A stretch of DNA of 64,000 nucleotides from the human T2T-CHM13v2.0 reference genome, Homo sapiens, in NCBI RefSeq assembly GCF_009914755.1, contig NC_060940.1. One strand, given 5' to 3'. This document shows, piece by piece, positions 1 through 13,893 of the stretch. Within the stretch, counting starts at the first letter, position 1, and every line of letters begins with the position of its first letter. The notes beneath the pieces are model-generated. The model did no database searches. It worked only from the letters and a program-made list of their open reading frames with translations, and had not been told where the DNA came from. Both the position numbers and the translations under genes were made by a program.

Positions 1-914
1 CAGAGTAGTACTCTCTATAATCTTTGTGTCTAAAATTATATGGTCCATGTAGTAGCTACTGATTGAGAGTCTTGAAAAACAGGTGGAGAGGTCAACAGGT
101 GGGACTGGTTGATAAATCAGTCACCTGATTATAAAGGGACTACAGTTCTCTACCAAAGGGTTGCAAAGCTAAATATTCACATTTGGAACGAAAAGTTCCT
201 AGCATAAATCCCAGCCTATCTTCATTCAACAGAGATAGCTAGTAATAAGTGTTTGGTGAATGAATAAACTCATTCAATCACAAAAATATTATCTTTTTAT
301 TTCTCTGTCAAAAATTTGGCTTTTTCCCTTTCTTACCTGTTCTTCTCCAACATTGTTGCTTTCCATAAAATAAAAGCAGTGGAATTAACTCAATTCTCAA
401 TGAGAAAAAGAAAACATACTAAGGGGGTGGTTGCCACTGCAGGCATAGGATAGGTAAAAGAGGTACACAGCTTACGATAAATTTAAGTGTAGGCTGGTTG
501 TTGTAGTGTGAAATGGGAAAAAATAAAAACAATATGAACGACGTACATTTCTAGCCTAACAGACTGAATGAATAACAATGTAGACATTGAATACAAAGAT
601 ACCACAGTTTTAGCATTATTCTACTGATCATTTTCTCAGTCTGAGCCTTACACCTAGTCACAGGACTGTAGATGACCACATTAGAATCCCCTGATAAAAT
701 TTACCTTCACTGTGACCCATGTCTCTGAGACGACCTGAAGAAACTACGCTCATTGTAGTAGTGCGATATAGACAGGATATGCATTGGACACAGGTTACGT
801 ATCCAGACTTGGAAGATTTTGGATAGATTTTCCTCTCCAGTATGAAAATCCCCACTGAATGTCAGAGAACTTCCCTACTTAAAGTTAATACTATTTGATG
901 TCCTAGATCTTCAA

Positions 915-1090
915 ATGTCATTTGAAGTGACATCTAAATGATGACCAAACGGATGATACAAAGGTAGTGCTGTATACAGGAGAGAGGGAAATGCCTTTGC
1001 AATGGAGGAAACAGCCTGAGACAAAGCCTTGAGGCATGGAAGAACTTGGTGTGTTCAAAGAACTGAACTGCAGCAGTATGGACGGACAGT
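915..1090 (-). mobile_element. L2 LINE fragment
   Basis: ggaaacagcctgagacaaagccttgaggcatggaagaacttggtgtgttcaaagaac resembles the recalled antisense L2 3' region. Confidence 0.6.
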
Positions 1091-2109
1091 ACTGGTTTCA
1101 AAGAAAGTGTGACAACTCACGTTGGTCATCTTGGTCTAAGAATTTCATGACTTAGAACCAAGATAAAAATAAATGTTTCACCTGTGCTGTTATAAGATGT
1201 AATTTTTAAAATGCAAAAATAAAAACATGGGGTGTCTGAGGTAACTAACAAAAATTGAAAGACTTTGGTGTCATTAAAATGAGTGACCAATTTTTAATTT
1301 TTAAATAACCACCCCAGGGCTATGTGTGTTATACATTTCTAAGTTGGGCTGTTGATACTAGACTTAATTAGGATGTGTACTTCTCTATACTAGTTATTTC
1401 CAACATGTGTTCTATAGAACATTTATTTTAAATGTTAATTGTAGATTTTGGAAACAATTCTCAGGCCAAATTTTACTCAATATATGCTGAGTATAAACTA
1501 AAAAATGTTCGGGTCTTCAAACATGGAAATATGCATTGTACATAAGAAATTATACATTTGATATGGTCACTGCTTTTTTTTTTTTGATCTTAAACTACCT
1601 TGGAGTATTAGAGTTTCAGCGAAGAAAATGTGGTCATTGTTGTGCCAGGAAACTGTACAACAATAAATCTCCCTTGATTCTTGTTAGCTTATTATGAAAT
1701 CATTTATTTTAATGTATTTTCCATTGAAATAATTTTGAAAGCCTTAATCTTAAAGAACATTAAATGGGCTCTTCCCTTAGGCAAAGGAAACTAATTGGAT
1801 GACCTTATTTTGGACTATATTTCAAGCTGAAGTTTTATACCTAGATGTTGAAAGACCATAATCTGGTCAAAAGGAAATTAGGAATATAAACAGTCAAAAA
1901 AAAAATGTTCTCCGGCTCTTAGAAGTGCTACTGTGATTTGAGTCATCAATTAATTTTGGATTGGTTAACCTAGTATTGACTGTAACTATATCAAATGCCT
2001 TAACTCATGGAACCAATTATTGTCTAAAATAATCACCGTAACCATAAAAGAAAAAGTAGACAATTCAAGTCCTGTCTTGCCCTTCTGAAATAAAAGGGTG
2101 CATTTTAAG

Positions 2110-2305
2110 TAACAGTTTGTTTTGAAATGGTGTAACACTCGTAAGAAGTTGCAAAAGTTATTAGCTTCACTCAGTTCTCCCCAGTGATAATATATAACCG
2201 TAATACATTGTCAAAACCGGAATCTGATGGTGCTACAATATTATTTGCTCAGATAAAGACTGCATTTGGATTTTACCAACTTTTACATACAACTTTTATA
2301 TGTTC
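2110..2305 (-). mobile_element. L1MC-type 3' UTR fragment
   Basis: agaagttgcaaaa...cttcactcagttctccccagtgata...taatacattgtcaaaacc matches the L1MC4/5-type 3' end in antisense. Confidence 0.6.
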
Positions 2306-3216
2306 GTGGTGGTGCTAGGAATATCTTTTAAGGAAAGATTTTACTGAGGCAGTTTTCAAAGAAAAGAGCTGCAGTAAGCAAGCTAATTAGACATCCACTG
2401 CTAACAATCTTGACCTCAATTAGGTGAAGGATTCCTAATTAAATCGTTACAGGCTTTTGTGTTAAATGGTAATTGATTGCCTGGAAGTTCTTCACAATTA
2501 TATGATATTAACAAGAATGTATTTGCATTTTTAATGCTTTCTTGATTTCCAATTCATTACAGGGCTGTTAGTGTTCTTTTACCATGTCATTGGAAGCTTT
2601 GCAAATTGTTCTTTAAGGTTCAGAAGCTTAGGGAACAGGTTAAAAAAACAACGAAGTTGGGACCCACTGAAGTGTTTTGCAAACTGCTGCATTTTAGCTA
2701 CTCCGTCCCGTAACTATTACCACCTCTTTAAACAGACAACTGCAGGTAGGAAAACAGAAGACTTAGAGAAAATGGAGATATGTAGTCTAGACCACTCTCC
2801 ATTTCGTTCTTTAAAATGTTATCATTTACATGCCTGGTTTCTTTGATTCAAGCCTATTTGTCAAGGGCCACTGTGAGTCATCTTGGCTAATTTTGTGGCA
2901 CCCACAGAATCTTTAGACTTCAATATGGTTGATATTTGTTTATTTAATATGAATTTATGGTCAATAATGATTACCTTTGCTCATAGGAAACATATGGGAG
3001 GTGGCCCCAATTATCATTTCATTCATTAGTTTTTTTGAAATATTTAACCAGGTCTGTTAACAATAGTTATTTTCTCCTCTACTGGGGTTTCCCAAGCCAC
3101 TGAAAAAAAACTGTTACAGTGTGGTAAAATCTCGGTGTTTCTTCTACTCATGTCTGCTTACTTAGAATTCATCATGAGCTGGCATTAATTTTTTGAACTT
3201 CAGATTTAACTGGTAA

Positions 3217-3364
3217 TTTTATTTATTAATTTAACTTAAAGTTCTGGGATACCTGTGCAGGAAGTGCAGGTTTGTTACATAGGTAAACGTGTGCCATGAT
3301 GGTTTGCTGCACCTATCAACCCATCACCTAGGTATTAAGCCCCACGTGCATTAGCTATTTATCT
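3217..3364 (-). mobile_element. L1PA (about PA8-PA13) 3' end fragment
   Basis: gtgcaggtttgttacataggtaaacgtgtgccatgatggtttgctgcacctatcaacccatcacctaggtattaagcccc. Confidence 0.9.
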
Positions 3365-4999
3365 TTAAATGATGGAATTAACTTTAGAAAATCTAGATGA
3401 ATTTCAGTACATTGGAAAGAAAATATGTATGATTCACTGTCTCAAATTCAGACTATGTTCTCTGGCAGTAGTCAGTAGTATATTTTCATTTTTTAATATA
3501 AAAAGCCATCTCAAAAAATATTTTATCAAAAGTATCTCCTCCAAAAAATAATCCACCATACCCCAGAGTCTACCATCTTATCTCCTGTTGTGTTACACAC
3601 TACTTCCAGATTCAGGGTTTCTTCAACTTGATTTTAGGAAGGTTGTTTTCACAGATCATGCATTCAAGTGATATCTTGAGCATTACTTGAAGTACATGAC
3701 CCATCCATATACTAGGTTCATCCTTTAAGTCTATAGAGCTCACTAATATAGATCAGATACCTATACACTAGAATCCATGAACAGATGTAAATAAAACAGT
3801 TTTTTAAATATTTTTCTATTAATGCCTCCTAAGCATTTTCTGGATAATGAAGTCTATAATAAAAACAATCATTAGAAATTTATTTAAAAGAATATCTTTA
3901 TAAATATGGCAGGAGGAAGATATTTATTTGAAGTCAGCAATCATTCTTACCAAACATTTCATTTAATTGAACACACTTTAAGAGCCAAACACAGAGATAA
4001 ATACTAATTTTTCTTCTCAGCTATAAAATATTAAGACAGAAATGATGTAAAAGCTAACTTAAAAGTTTGCTGCAGATTATGTAGTTCAGGTCTCTAGTAT
4101 TATTTTGGAGAATACATTTTTTCAGATATAATTAAAAATGCACAATGATTGAGATATAATTAGAAGTGATAATAAAACAAACCAGCAAATGTCATTTCTC
4201 CAGAAGCATATCATGGTAACGTGATCTAGAGAGTTCAGCTGATGGATAGATAGGCTGGTCTTAGTTTTTTTCTTCTATGGAAGAACAGAGAAGACTGTGC
4301 CTGGCTAAAGAAATATTGTTTAAATTTTTACATATTTTCTTTCTCTCTTTCATAGTACTGGATTCCCTAATATTCTTGTACCAGTTCAAATCCTTACAAA
4401 GCACTTTAAAATATTTGATATTCATAGTATAGCATTAATCTACAAAAATACATCAACGTGCCCATTGATACATTCATGTTTTTCTTGTTTGCTCTTTGTG
4501 ATCACTTATAAATAGAACTTCATCATAAAATTATTGCCATACTATGCGTTCATCTATGTTAGAAATAGTTCATTTCAGTCACCCCATGTTCTTGGTCATA
4601 AAATGGAAGGATGGAAATATTGCCGATATAATACAGCTGAACCCATAATGGAGTCATGATGAAGATGTTAGTTACTTTACTATAATAACATGAGTTTATA
4701 TGTATTTTCTAATTATTCTACACTTTTCCATTTTTACCAGATATATGATTGTATAGTTAATACTATATAATTTTTGATTGAGTGATTTTATCATCAAAGT
4801 ATGCAAGGCTTTATTTATGGGCCTACTCAGATCTGTTCAGCTGGCCTGGCCTTGTCTTTTTATTTGTTTTGCAGCCAGAAGGGCCCAGGAACTATTTGTA
4901 CAATTCTTGTGTTCTTAAATATGATCACATCCTAAACCACAGGTTGTGTAACCTTCCCCAGAGGCAAAGCCTGGACCCTGCCACAGCCTGCATTCTGTC

Positions 5000-6950
5000 C
5001 AACATCTCTCTCATGTTTTTCAACTTTCCAGACCTCTATGCTATATCTTCAGAATATCTTCAAATATTTTAACCTGTGTCAAATCTTTTTTTCTTTTTTC
5101 AACTCATCCATTTAGTTTCTAATTTCTGTGATATATTTCAAATACATTGTTCACTTCTAAGAAGTTCAATTTTTACCAAATATGCCTTATTTTAAGAAAA
5201 CCATGATTTCCTAGAACTTATAATATACATTTATAACTAATCTAAGTACACCTTCAAATAACACTATACTGCTTCATGGGTAGTGGAGATAACATACAAA
5301 AGATGATTCTCAATTCTGCCCTCCCATCCCCTTTAACGTTGTTGTCATTCATTTCACTTATCCATATTAATCTATGAGATCAGTTAAGAATAAGATAAAA
5401 TTTTATACTGCCTTCATGAATTCTTTCTCTATTGCTCTTCTTTTATTCACGTAGGCCTGAGTTTCTTCCTCCCCTGAAAAATTTCTTTTAATGTTATTTT
5501 GCATGGTAGTTCTGCTGGCAATGCATTCTCTTGATTTTAGTTTGTCTGAGAAAGTCTTTATTTCTCATTCACTCTTAAAGGATAATTTTGTTGGATATAA
5601 AATTCTAGGTTGGTGTATTTTGTTGTTTTTCCTTTGAACACTAAACATACTCAACTCTACTTTCTTCTTGCTTGCATGGTTTCTGATGAAAAGTCCACTC
5701 TAATTATTGTCCTTGTTCCACTGGAAGTAAGGCAATTTCTTCCTGACCATAGCTGCTTTTAGGATTTAATTTTTGTTTTGTGGTTTGCTGCAGTATGAAT
5801 GTAGTATACCTAGGTTTAGATTTTTGGTATGTATCCGGCTCAGTCTTCTTGAGCTTCCTGGATCTTGGTTCAGTGTCTTAATTCCATTTGGAAATGTCTC
5901 AGCTATTATTACATCAAGTATTTCTTCTGTTCTAGTCTCTATTTCTGCTTCTGATGTTCCAGTCACTCATATATTACCCTCTTTGAAACTGTCCCACAGT
6001 TCTTGGATATTCTATTATAAGCATTTTTCCCATTTTTTCCTCCTTTTGCTTATTAGTTTAATATGTTTATATTGACAAATCTTCAAGCTCATTGATTCTT
6101 TTCTTGGCCATGCCTAGTCAAGTGAGGAGCCCATCAAAGTCATTTTTTATTTCCCTTACAGTGCTTTTATATTCTAGTATTTCCCTTTGATTCCTTCTTA
6201 GAGTTTCCATCTCTCTGTTTACATTATTCATCTATTCTTGCATATTGTATATTTTTCCATTAGTGTCCCATTTATAGTTCTAGAGATATCTCTTCCAGGT
6301 AACCTGGTCTTGTTGTAATTCTCTGTATTTGCTTTTATCTTGAGATTTTGAGGTGACTTTATCCTGCCACCTCAGTTCTCTCAAGTGTGCAACTCAGTTT
6401 TTTCATGTGTTTTCTTGTTGTAAAGACACAAGTAACAATTTCTGAGCTTCTTACGTTAGATTTATAAACATAACCTACTCTGCTGTATTTTTCTGATGTT
6501 TTGTTCTTCTGTCATGTTTTGATACACCTTTTAACATTCATAAATATTTTACTTCCAATAATTCCGTAATCTATAGTTCTTAGGTTCTAATGCTGTTGGT
6601 AGGTTTTCTGGAAACTTTTGCTAATGTGTCTTTTTTCCTTATGTGTCTTATAATTCTGAACTATAAGCCCATCCTTGGTGGGTCTATCTCGGAAAATCAA
6701 CATCTTGGATTGATGAAGTATCTCTTCTTTTGCAAATATGTTATTACCTTTGCAAGGCAGCAGGTGCAGTATCAACCGTAGACAACTTTAAATTTATTTA
6801 TCAGTCTGCGTTTTTCCTAATTATAATAGTAGTGTGAATTCAAACCCGTAAAGCATATGAGGGCATGCCTGTGCTTATAAATATTTAGGAGATTTCTTTT
6901 TCTAGCTTTAGCACAACCTGAACTATGCAGATTCCCTTGTTTGCTCCTAA
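5000..6950 (-). mobile_element. Old L1M (L1MC/MD-type 5' region and ORF1, about 5200-6460) nested in an older L1ME/HAL1-like element
   Basis: tttgtctgagaaagtctttatttctcattc...gataattttgttggatataaaattctaggttgg is typical antisense L1M ORF1. ORF 5766-5966 (TEEILDVIIAETFPN...) resembles L1 ORF1p EEIFEEIIAENFPN. Confidence 0.75.
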
Positions 6951-6969
6951 AATGCAAGGGTAATATTAG

Positions 6970-7050
6970 AAATATCTACTAGGATGTCTCCAAGCATTTC
7001 AAATTCAACATGGCTAAATGTGAACTCTGTAACTTTTCCCTAAAGCCAAC
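6970..7050 (+). mobile_element. L2 fragment
   Basis: tctactaggatgtctccaagcatttcaaattcaacatggctaaatgtgaactc. Confidence 0.6.
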
Positions 7051-7894
7051 TTTTATTATAGCATTTCAGGTGTCAGGGATTATCAGTGCTACAACATTTC
7101 AGAGAAGAAAGACGCAATTTTAGGAAAAAATTTATGGAGGTTATGGGACTAAAGTTTTAAGGTAAGGGCATGTCTATGGGGATCTAAATGAGAACTGATA
7201 TACTATAGAGCAGACCGATGGATACCACTGAAACCTCCAGGGTGGAATCACACATGGTGTGTTGAGGCCAGGGTGAGCTCAACTCTAAAAGAGAACAGTA
7301 AAGAGGAACAGTGCAAGACACATTTTTAAAAATAGGCAGAAGCCCATTGTGTGGGGACATAAATGACTTAGAAGTATGGGCTTTATTTTATAGGTAAACC
7401 TATTAATCAAGTAACCTACACAAATCAGGGTTTAAGGAAATATGGATTATTTCATTAAATTTGATTAGAAAGGGCAATTAACTGAAGTGTAGAATAGAGG
7501 CCAGTGTGGACTTACTCTAATAATTTAGTAAAGTATAATATAGTGGGAACCTCAACAAACATCATCTAGTTACAATAAATTAACATAGTGAAGAGTTAGT
7601 TAATTAAACAGTGTGTTTGCTACAGTCATTTAAGACTGTAGATTTTAAGCCATCTAAGGGGATTCTTAGCAGGCCCTGTGTTGGCCTTATAAGCCACTTC
7701 TGGAAAAAAAGGACTTAAAAATTAATTACCACCATACATATTTTTTAAATTTCTTCATGGCACAATGTCAGGATTTCATTGCAGAATCCTTTGAGTGTAA
7801 TTTCTGGGTCATGAGTTTCTAATGTTGTTAGTTATTTGTTATGTTGAAATGTCTTCAACAATGGAGAAAACTGAGTTTTTAAAAAAATAATGAC

Positions 7895-8625
7895 TCACCC
7901 TTGATTCCCTCTCCTAATCCGCCCATCCCAAACCTGCACCTCTCCCTGGCCCTCTTCTTGGAGTATCTCAGACTGAAATTCTGGAGCTCATCTTGATACC
8001 CTTCTCTTTCACAAATCCCATTGCTTCATCCCGCAAATTCTGAAACCTCTCCCTTCAAAACACATCTGTAATCCAAACATCTGTCTCCTGCATGTTTGTG
8101 GGAACCCGCTAACTAATGTACATGCTTCCACCTCTTCCATAAAAAAGTCTGTATTCCATGGAGCATCCAGAGCGAGTTTTTATTATTTATTCGGAACACA
8201 TCATTTTATTTACTGAGTCAGACCACATCACCCCCTGCTCTTAAGTCTCTGATGATTTCTCATCTCACTCAGAATAAAATTCAAAGTTCTAAAGCAACAT
8301 GCCTGCAGGATCCTATGTGATGCGGCCAGAAAGCAGAATGTCTTGCTCCCTTAGGTCATTTAAGTCTCTTGAGTGTCACTTCCTCAGAGAGACTGTCTCT
8401 TACCAGAGGATATAAAATCATACCACACCCTGCTGTCGCTCTGTTCCCAACTCTGTTTTAATGTGCTTTATTTTTATCGATCACACTAATCATAATAGTA
8501 TTTCTACACATTTCTGGCATTTGATAGTTATCTATTATCAGTCTGTCTCCATAGAGCTTGCTGTTATATCTAAAGCAGCCAGATCACTGCCAGGAACAAA
8601 GTAGGTGCTTTCTTAGTATTTTTTT
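7895..8625 (+). mobile_element. L2 (L2a-like) 3' portion
   Basis: ggagctcatcttgatacc...tcagaccacatcacccc...catctcactcagaataaaattcaaagt...tcacttcctcagagag...ggaacaaagtaggtgct. Confidence 0.75.
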
Positions 8626-9410
8626 GTTCATTAACAAATATTTATTTCACAGTGTTTGAGGCTCAGGATACAATGCTGAGCCAAATTTACATGTGTCCAA
8701 TGCATTATTAAACGTAGAACAATAAAATGTGCATTGATTTTATTAAGAAGACGCATATAAACAGGGTCTCTGAGCTCCTCTGGGGAACTGTGAGTCACTT
8801 CTCTGAAGATTTGACATCTGTAGAGATGTGGGTGTGTGAAAGGTGTTTTGGGCGACAGGGGGATTTCAGGTTGAGGATCAGCTTGTGCTGAGGGCCTCTG
8901 GCAGGAGCGAGAAAGGCCCAGTCATACAGCTAAGAGAAGCCCAATGTGTCTGTTGAGTATAAGAAGGCAGCAGACCATGAGAGCAAGCCTGAAACTGTGG
9001 CTAAAACATGAAAGGCTGTCCATACCTCCATTAAAAGTGTTCTTTATCCCTTCAGCAATTGAGCAGTTAGTGCAGTGTTAAATTAGGCGATCAGGTTTCT
9101 ATCATAAGAGGATAATTATGCTTCCAGTATGGGAAAGTCAGAGACTTTGAAGTAATTCAGAAGGTGGTAACATGAACTAGGTGACTAATTACAGCTATAG
9201 AGCTGTGGATAGTTTCCTAGAGATGTTTGGAGGTCAAATTTGGCATGGCTTGGTGACTGATTACACTTGGGGCAAATAGAAGATGTCGAGAACATATCCT
9301 AGAGTAATGGCTTGCTCACATGTAAGGAAAATTGTGTTATTCCCTGATTTGGGAGGAAAAGGAGGATGAGAATATAGGAATTTGGACGCACGCATTTTTC
9401 TCTTGCATTG
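8626..9410 (-). mobile_element. L2 3' portion, tail-to-tail with the preceding L2
   Basis: Begins ttcattaacaaatatttatt; later ggcttggtgactgatt and gaatttggac are antisense L2 motifs. Confidence 0.65.
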
Positions 9411-10709
9411 GCACTGATGTTTAGACGCCGTATGATTGCTCCTGAGGAAACCCTGACCTCCAAATTATGAAAACTACATTGGTAAAAATAAGCTATGCAT
9501 TTGAAGACTGTTCTCATATGCGTGAAGGCACGAAGGCACCTTAGCTGGGGCATAGTCCAGAACTGTTCTAGCAAATAACTTTATGTCCCTTTGCCCTTTA
9601 CTTTGCCTTCGTTATGCTGCTAAGGCATAATTTACTGTCTCCTTGTTTTCAGGACAAGGTGGAAGAATTTGAACCTAAAGAATATTTTAAAATGTATTTC
9701 TTGTCTCCAAACAATTTAAAGTTTGAAATATGCAATAAATAATACATAAATAATAAAGCAATATATCTTCTAGGAAAGTTCTGTATAAGAAACAAGTCCC
9801 AGCGATTATCTTCATTGCCAATAACTAGAATCTTAAATCAGAGACAAAATATTCCTCACTGAAATATTAATGTCAGCAAAAAAATTTAGAGATGATTCTT
9901 CTTTTAATTTTAGTAGAGGCTACCTCTATGTTTTTAAGTAAATGAGAAAAACTCAGCAGAACATTTTATTGAATTAAAAATTGGTAGTTAAGTGTGTTTG
10001 ACTCTAATAATTCTGTTTTACTTTTACTCAACCATAAAAATATATGACTGTAAGGCAACAGCTGAGGTTTGAAATATAAAATATTAAATCATTGCTTAGA
10101 TGCTTTAAGAAAACCAAAATATCTGAATTATTGCATGTATTTTCACTTTTTATATAAATGGCTGCTACTGTATAAAAATAGCCACAATTACAAATATTAT
10201 AAGAAACTAAATTCAGTGCATTAATTTTGCATTTTTGTTCAGAATGTAATATGGAAGGAAACAAAGTTTGAACACATTCAGTAGGAGATAAATAAAAATA
10301 ATATAGAACCATGCATGTAGCCATTTTCCATTAGTGCAAAGTATTTTCTGACTTAGAAAACCATTCAAATTCCCACATGAAAGAAAAATCACAAGCAGCT
10401 TCCTCTGAAGTAGATCTGACTTGAACTATAATACCTAGAGCTGTAAAGCACATTGAAAAGGAATCTTACTTTTTGTGATTTGAAGGAAGTCACCTCACTG
10501 TTATTGAGCATGATCGGGTAATTAGAATGAAGTGGAATTCTAGAAGGAGGAATTATTTAAAAATAGATTGGTTACCCTTGAACAGATATGAATAAATGAT
10601 AATAAGCTTAAATAAAACATGAGATTATCATCTTCGTGTTTGTATAACATTTATCTTGATATTCTGGAGACAATAAGTAAAGCAAGATTATTAGAAAAAT
10701 ATGGAGTAA

Positions 10710-11143
10710 TCATTTCATTACTGAACACAATTTGTTTATAAGAAACTTCTTACTAATTTCCAGAGTTGGGCTCTTATGAATAAAGATTCTGTGAACACTT
10801 TATATACATCTTTGTGTAGACATATGTTTTCATTTTCCATGAGTAAACATCTAGGAGTCGAATTTCTGGATTATAGAAAAGTTGCATGCTTAACTCTTTA
10901 AGAAAATTTCAAACTGTTTTTCTAAATGGCTTTACAGTTTTACCTCCTGTCCAGCAGTGCAGGGGAGTTCGAATTTCAGCATCTACTCACCATTTTTGGT
11001 ATTATCATGTGCAGTAGTATTTTACTGTAGTATTAATTTGCATATCCCTCATGACTAATGAGGTGAAGCATATTTTCGTATGCTTCATAGCAATTTATAT
11101 ATTCAATTTTGTAAATTGTGTATTCAAATGTTTTGTTAATTTC
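10710..11143 (-). mobile_element. L1ME-type ORF2 end / 3' fragment
   Basis: ctaggagtcgaatttctgga...aaactgtttttctaaatggc...taatttgcatatccctcatgactaatgaggtgaagca. Confidence 0.8.
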
Positions 11144-12037
11144 TTTCTTTTAAATAAACATTTTTTAAGAAGAGTTTCGGATGGCCAAAACCTGCGAACA
11201 GGGTAGAGCATCTTCCCATAATCCCTGCACCCACCTTCGTCTACTATTAATAGTTTCTATTAGTATGGTACATTTGTAAAGTTTACTTAAAACCCGTATT
11301 TATTTCAATTTTCTTACTTTATTGCCTTTTGTACTTATTCTGTCACAGGATCCCATTCATGATACCATATTATATTTAGTAGTTGTGTCTCCTTATGCTA
11401 CTCTGGACCATGAAGCTTTCTCAGACTTTCCTTGTTATAGATGACCTTGACAGTTCTGACTAGTAGCAGCCAGGGGTTTCTTTCAATGACAGTCTACTGG
11501 AATTTTACTAATATGTTTCTTATAATTAGCCTAGAATGATAGGTTTTGGGGAGGAAGAACACAGGGTTAAAGTGTCCTTTCTAATCACATCATATCAAGG
11601 GTACACAAATCGATGTGACTTATCACTACTGATGTTAAACTTCACCACCTGACTTAGGTAGTCTTTGTTAGGTTTCTCCACTGCAAAGTTACTCAAGATT
11701 TGTTCTCTTTCTGTACTGTGGTTTTTGAAACGAAGTTACTACGTGTAGCCCACACTTAGGGAAAGGAGATATTGCTTCACTTCCTTGGGGGCAGAGTATC
11801 TACATAAAATGTTTGGAATTCTTCTGCAGGGCGGATCTGTCTCTTCTCTCCCATTCATCTACTCAGTGATTTATTAGTATCAGTATTAACTGATGCATAC
11901 TTATTCTATACCTTATTGGATATGTTATAATCCAGTGCTACTTTATTTTGTTGTTGCAATTATCTCATTTTTGGCCATTAGGAACACTTTTATTCAGTTC
12001 ACTCCTGTGTCCCTTTGACATATTTTCTCAACATAGG

Positions 12038-12082
12038 TTTTATTTATTTATTTATTTATTTATTATTTATTATTTATTATTT
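12038..12082. repeat. (TTTA)n-like simple repeat
   Basis: Directly visible. Confidence 0.8.
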
Positions 12083-12349
12083 TTCCTAGCACTTCTTTAT
12101 TTTCTGACATTACAAGATGCACCAGGCTTAACTTGTAAGTTTTCTACCCAGTTTTATAATTAGTATTTCTCCAAAGATCATTGAACCCTTTGATGGATGA
12201 ATGGTGTTAGAAACCAGGATATGGATACTAGGTACAACACTTGGTACTACGGTGTCTTTGCATTTAGACCCTCTAACAGAGCGAGAGAATATGTATATGT
12301 ATACTGAACCATGTATATATACATATCTATACATATTTCTCAATGTATC

Positions 12350-12755
12350 TGATATAGTTTGGGTATTTGTCCCTGCCCAAATATCATGTTGAAATGTAAT
12401 CCCCACTGTTGGAGGTGGGGACTGGCAGGAGGAGTTTGGGTCATGAGGGCGGATCTGTCATGCCTTGGTGTTATCCTCATGGTAGTGCATGAGCTCTCAA
12501 GATTGGGTTGTTTAAGTGTGGGGCACCCCCTCCCCCACACTCTCTCTCTCTTGCTCCTGCGTTTGCCATGTGATGTGCGAGCTCCCTCTTTGCCTTTCAT
12601 CATGAATGAAAGCCTCCTGAGGCCTCCCTAGAAACAGATGCTAGCACTATGCTTCCTGTACACCCTGCGGAACCATGAGCCAATTAAATCTCTTTTCTTA
12701 TAAATTACCCAGTCTTAGGTATTTCTTTATAGAAATGCAAGAACAGCCTAACACA
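12350..12755 (+). mobile_element. MSTA-type MaLR solo LTR
   Basis: TG...CA termini, tgatatagtttgg...aaattacccagtcttaggtatttctttatag; 5-bp TSD GTATC at 12345-12349 and 12756-12760. Confidence 0.93.
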
Positions 12756-13259
12756 GTATCCACCTGTATTGATATTAAACTTAACAGGAGTCCATACTCA
12801 TGTCTCCTATTCTAATCCACTACCACACAGATCATTCTAGCATCTTCCTCTTGATTTCTGAAACCTGTCATTCAGACGGTGAGTAAACTGGTTCCAATCA
12901 TCTGTCATCCATTTACTTAATTATTCTATTCCAGTATACATGTATGATGGCTTCAGAACCCTTAACCCATACTTCCTTGAGAAGCAATTTTAACAACCAG
13001 AGTACACTGTTTGTATACAGTTTCTTTTGCCTTTAATTTTCAGGGACTCCAATTACATATATCTTGGACCTCTTATGATATGATATTCTATATGTCTGTT
13101 ATGGCATGTTTTGCATTTTTTATCACCTTCCATTCTGTGATTCTGTCTATTCTGTTTCTGATACTTGATGTTATAATCTCTTCTTTCTGTCATGCATAAT
13201 CTATTAATTTATTGAATTCATAATTTAATTCAATTTTATTTCGTTCTTCAGTTCCATAA

Positions 13260-13679
<420 letters not shown>

Positions 13680-13857
13680 TAGTTTCTTCTTTTACAAGTC
13701 CAATATTTAAATTACTTGAGAAGTTGTTTCCCTTTTATTTTTTGCTTATGGCCATGTTGTTCTTTTTGACAAACCTATTACATTTTATTGAATATTATGC
13801 ATTTTTTATAAAAATAAATGTGTATGGTTTGTGGGTGCTTTATTTTCTTCCAGAGTG

Positions 13858-13858
13858 A

Positions 13859-13889
<31 letters not shown>

Positions 13890-13893
13890 TTTT
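13858..13893. repeat. (TA)n plus poly-T microsatellite
   Basis: Directly visible. Confidence 0.95.

Larger units (their letters stand above)
11150..13035 (-). mobile_element. L1MC (MC2/MC3-like) 3' UTR interrupted by an MSTA LTR
   Basis: ggatcccattcatgataccata...tttctcagactttccttg...gatgaccttgacagtt...ggtttctccactgcaaagttac; resumes after 12760. Confidence 0.8.

Noticed and set aside
705-874. Minus-strand exon-like segment (AG...GAAG|GTAAAT) overlapping ORF 658-855
   Set aside because: Weak polypyrimidine tract, stops in all three frames across the segment, and no recognisable protein
5766-5966. ORF with protein-like composition
   Set aside because: Degraded L1 ORF1p remnant, not a host gene
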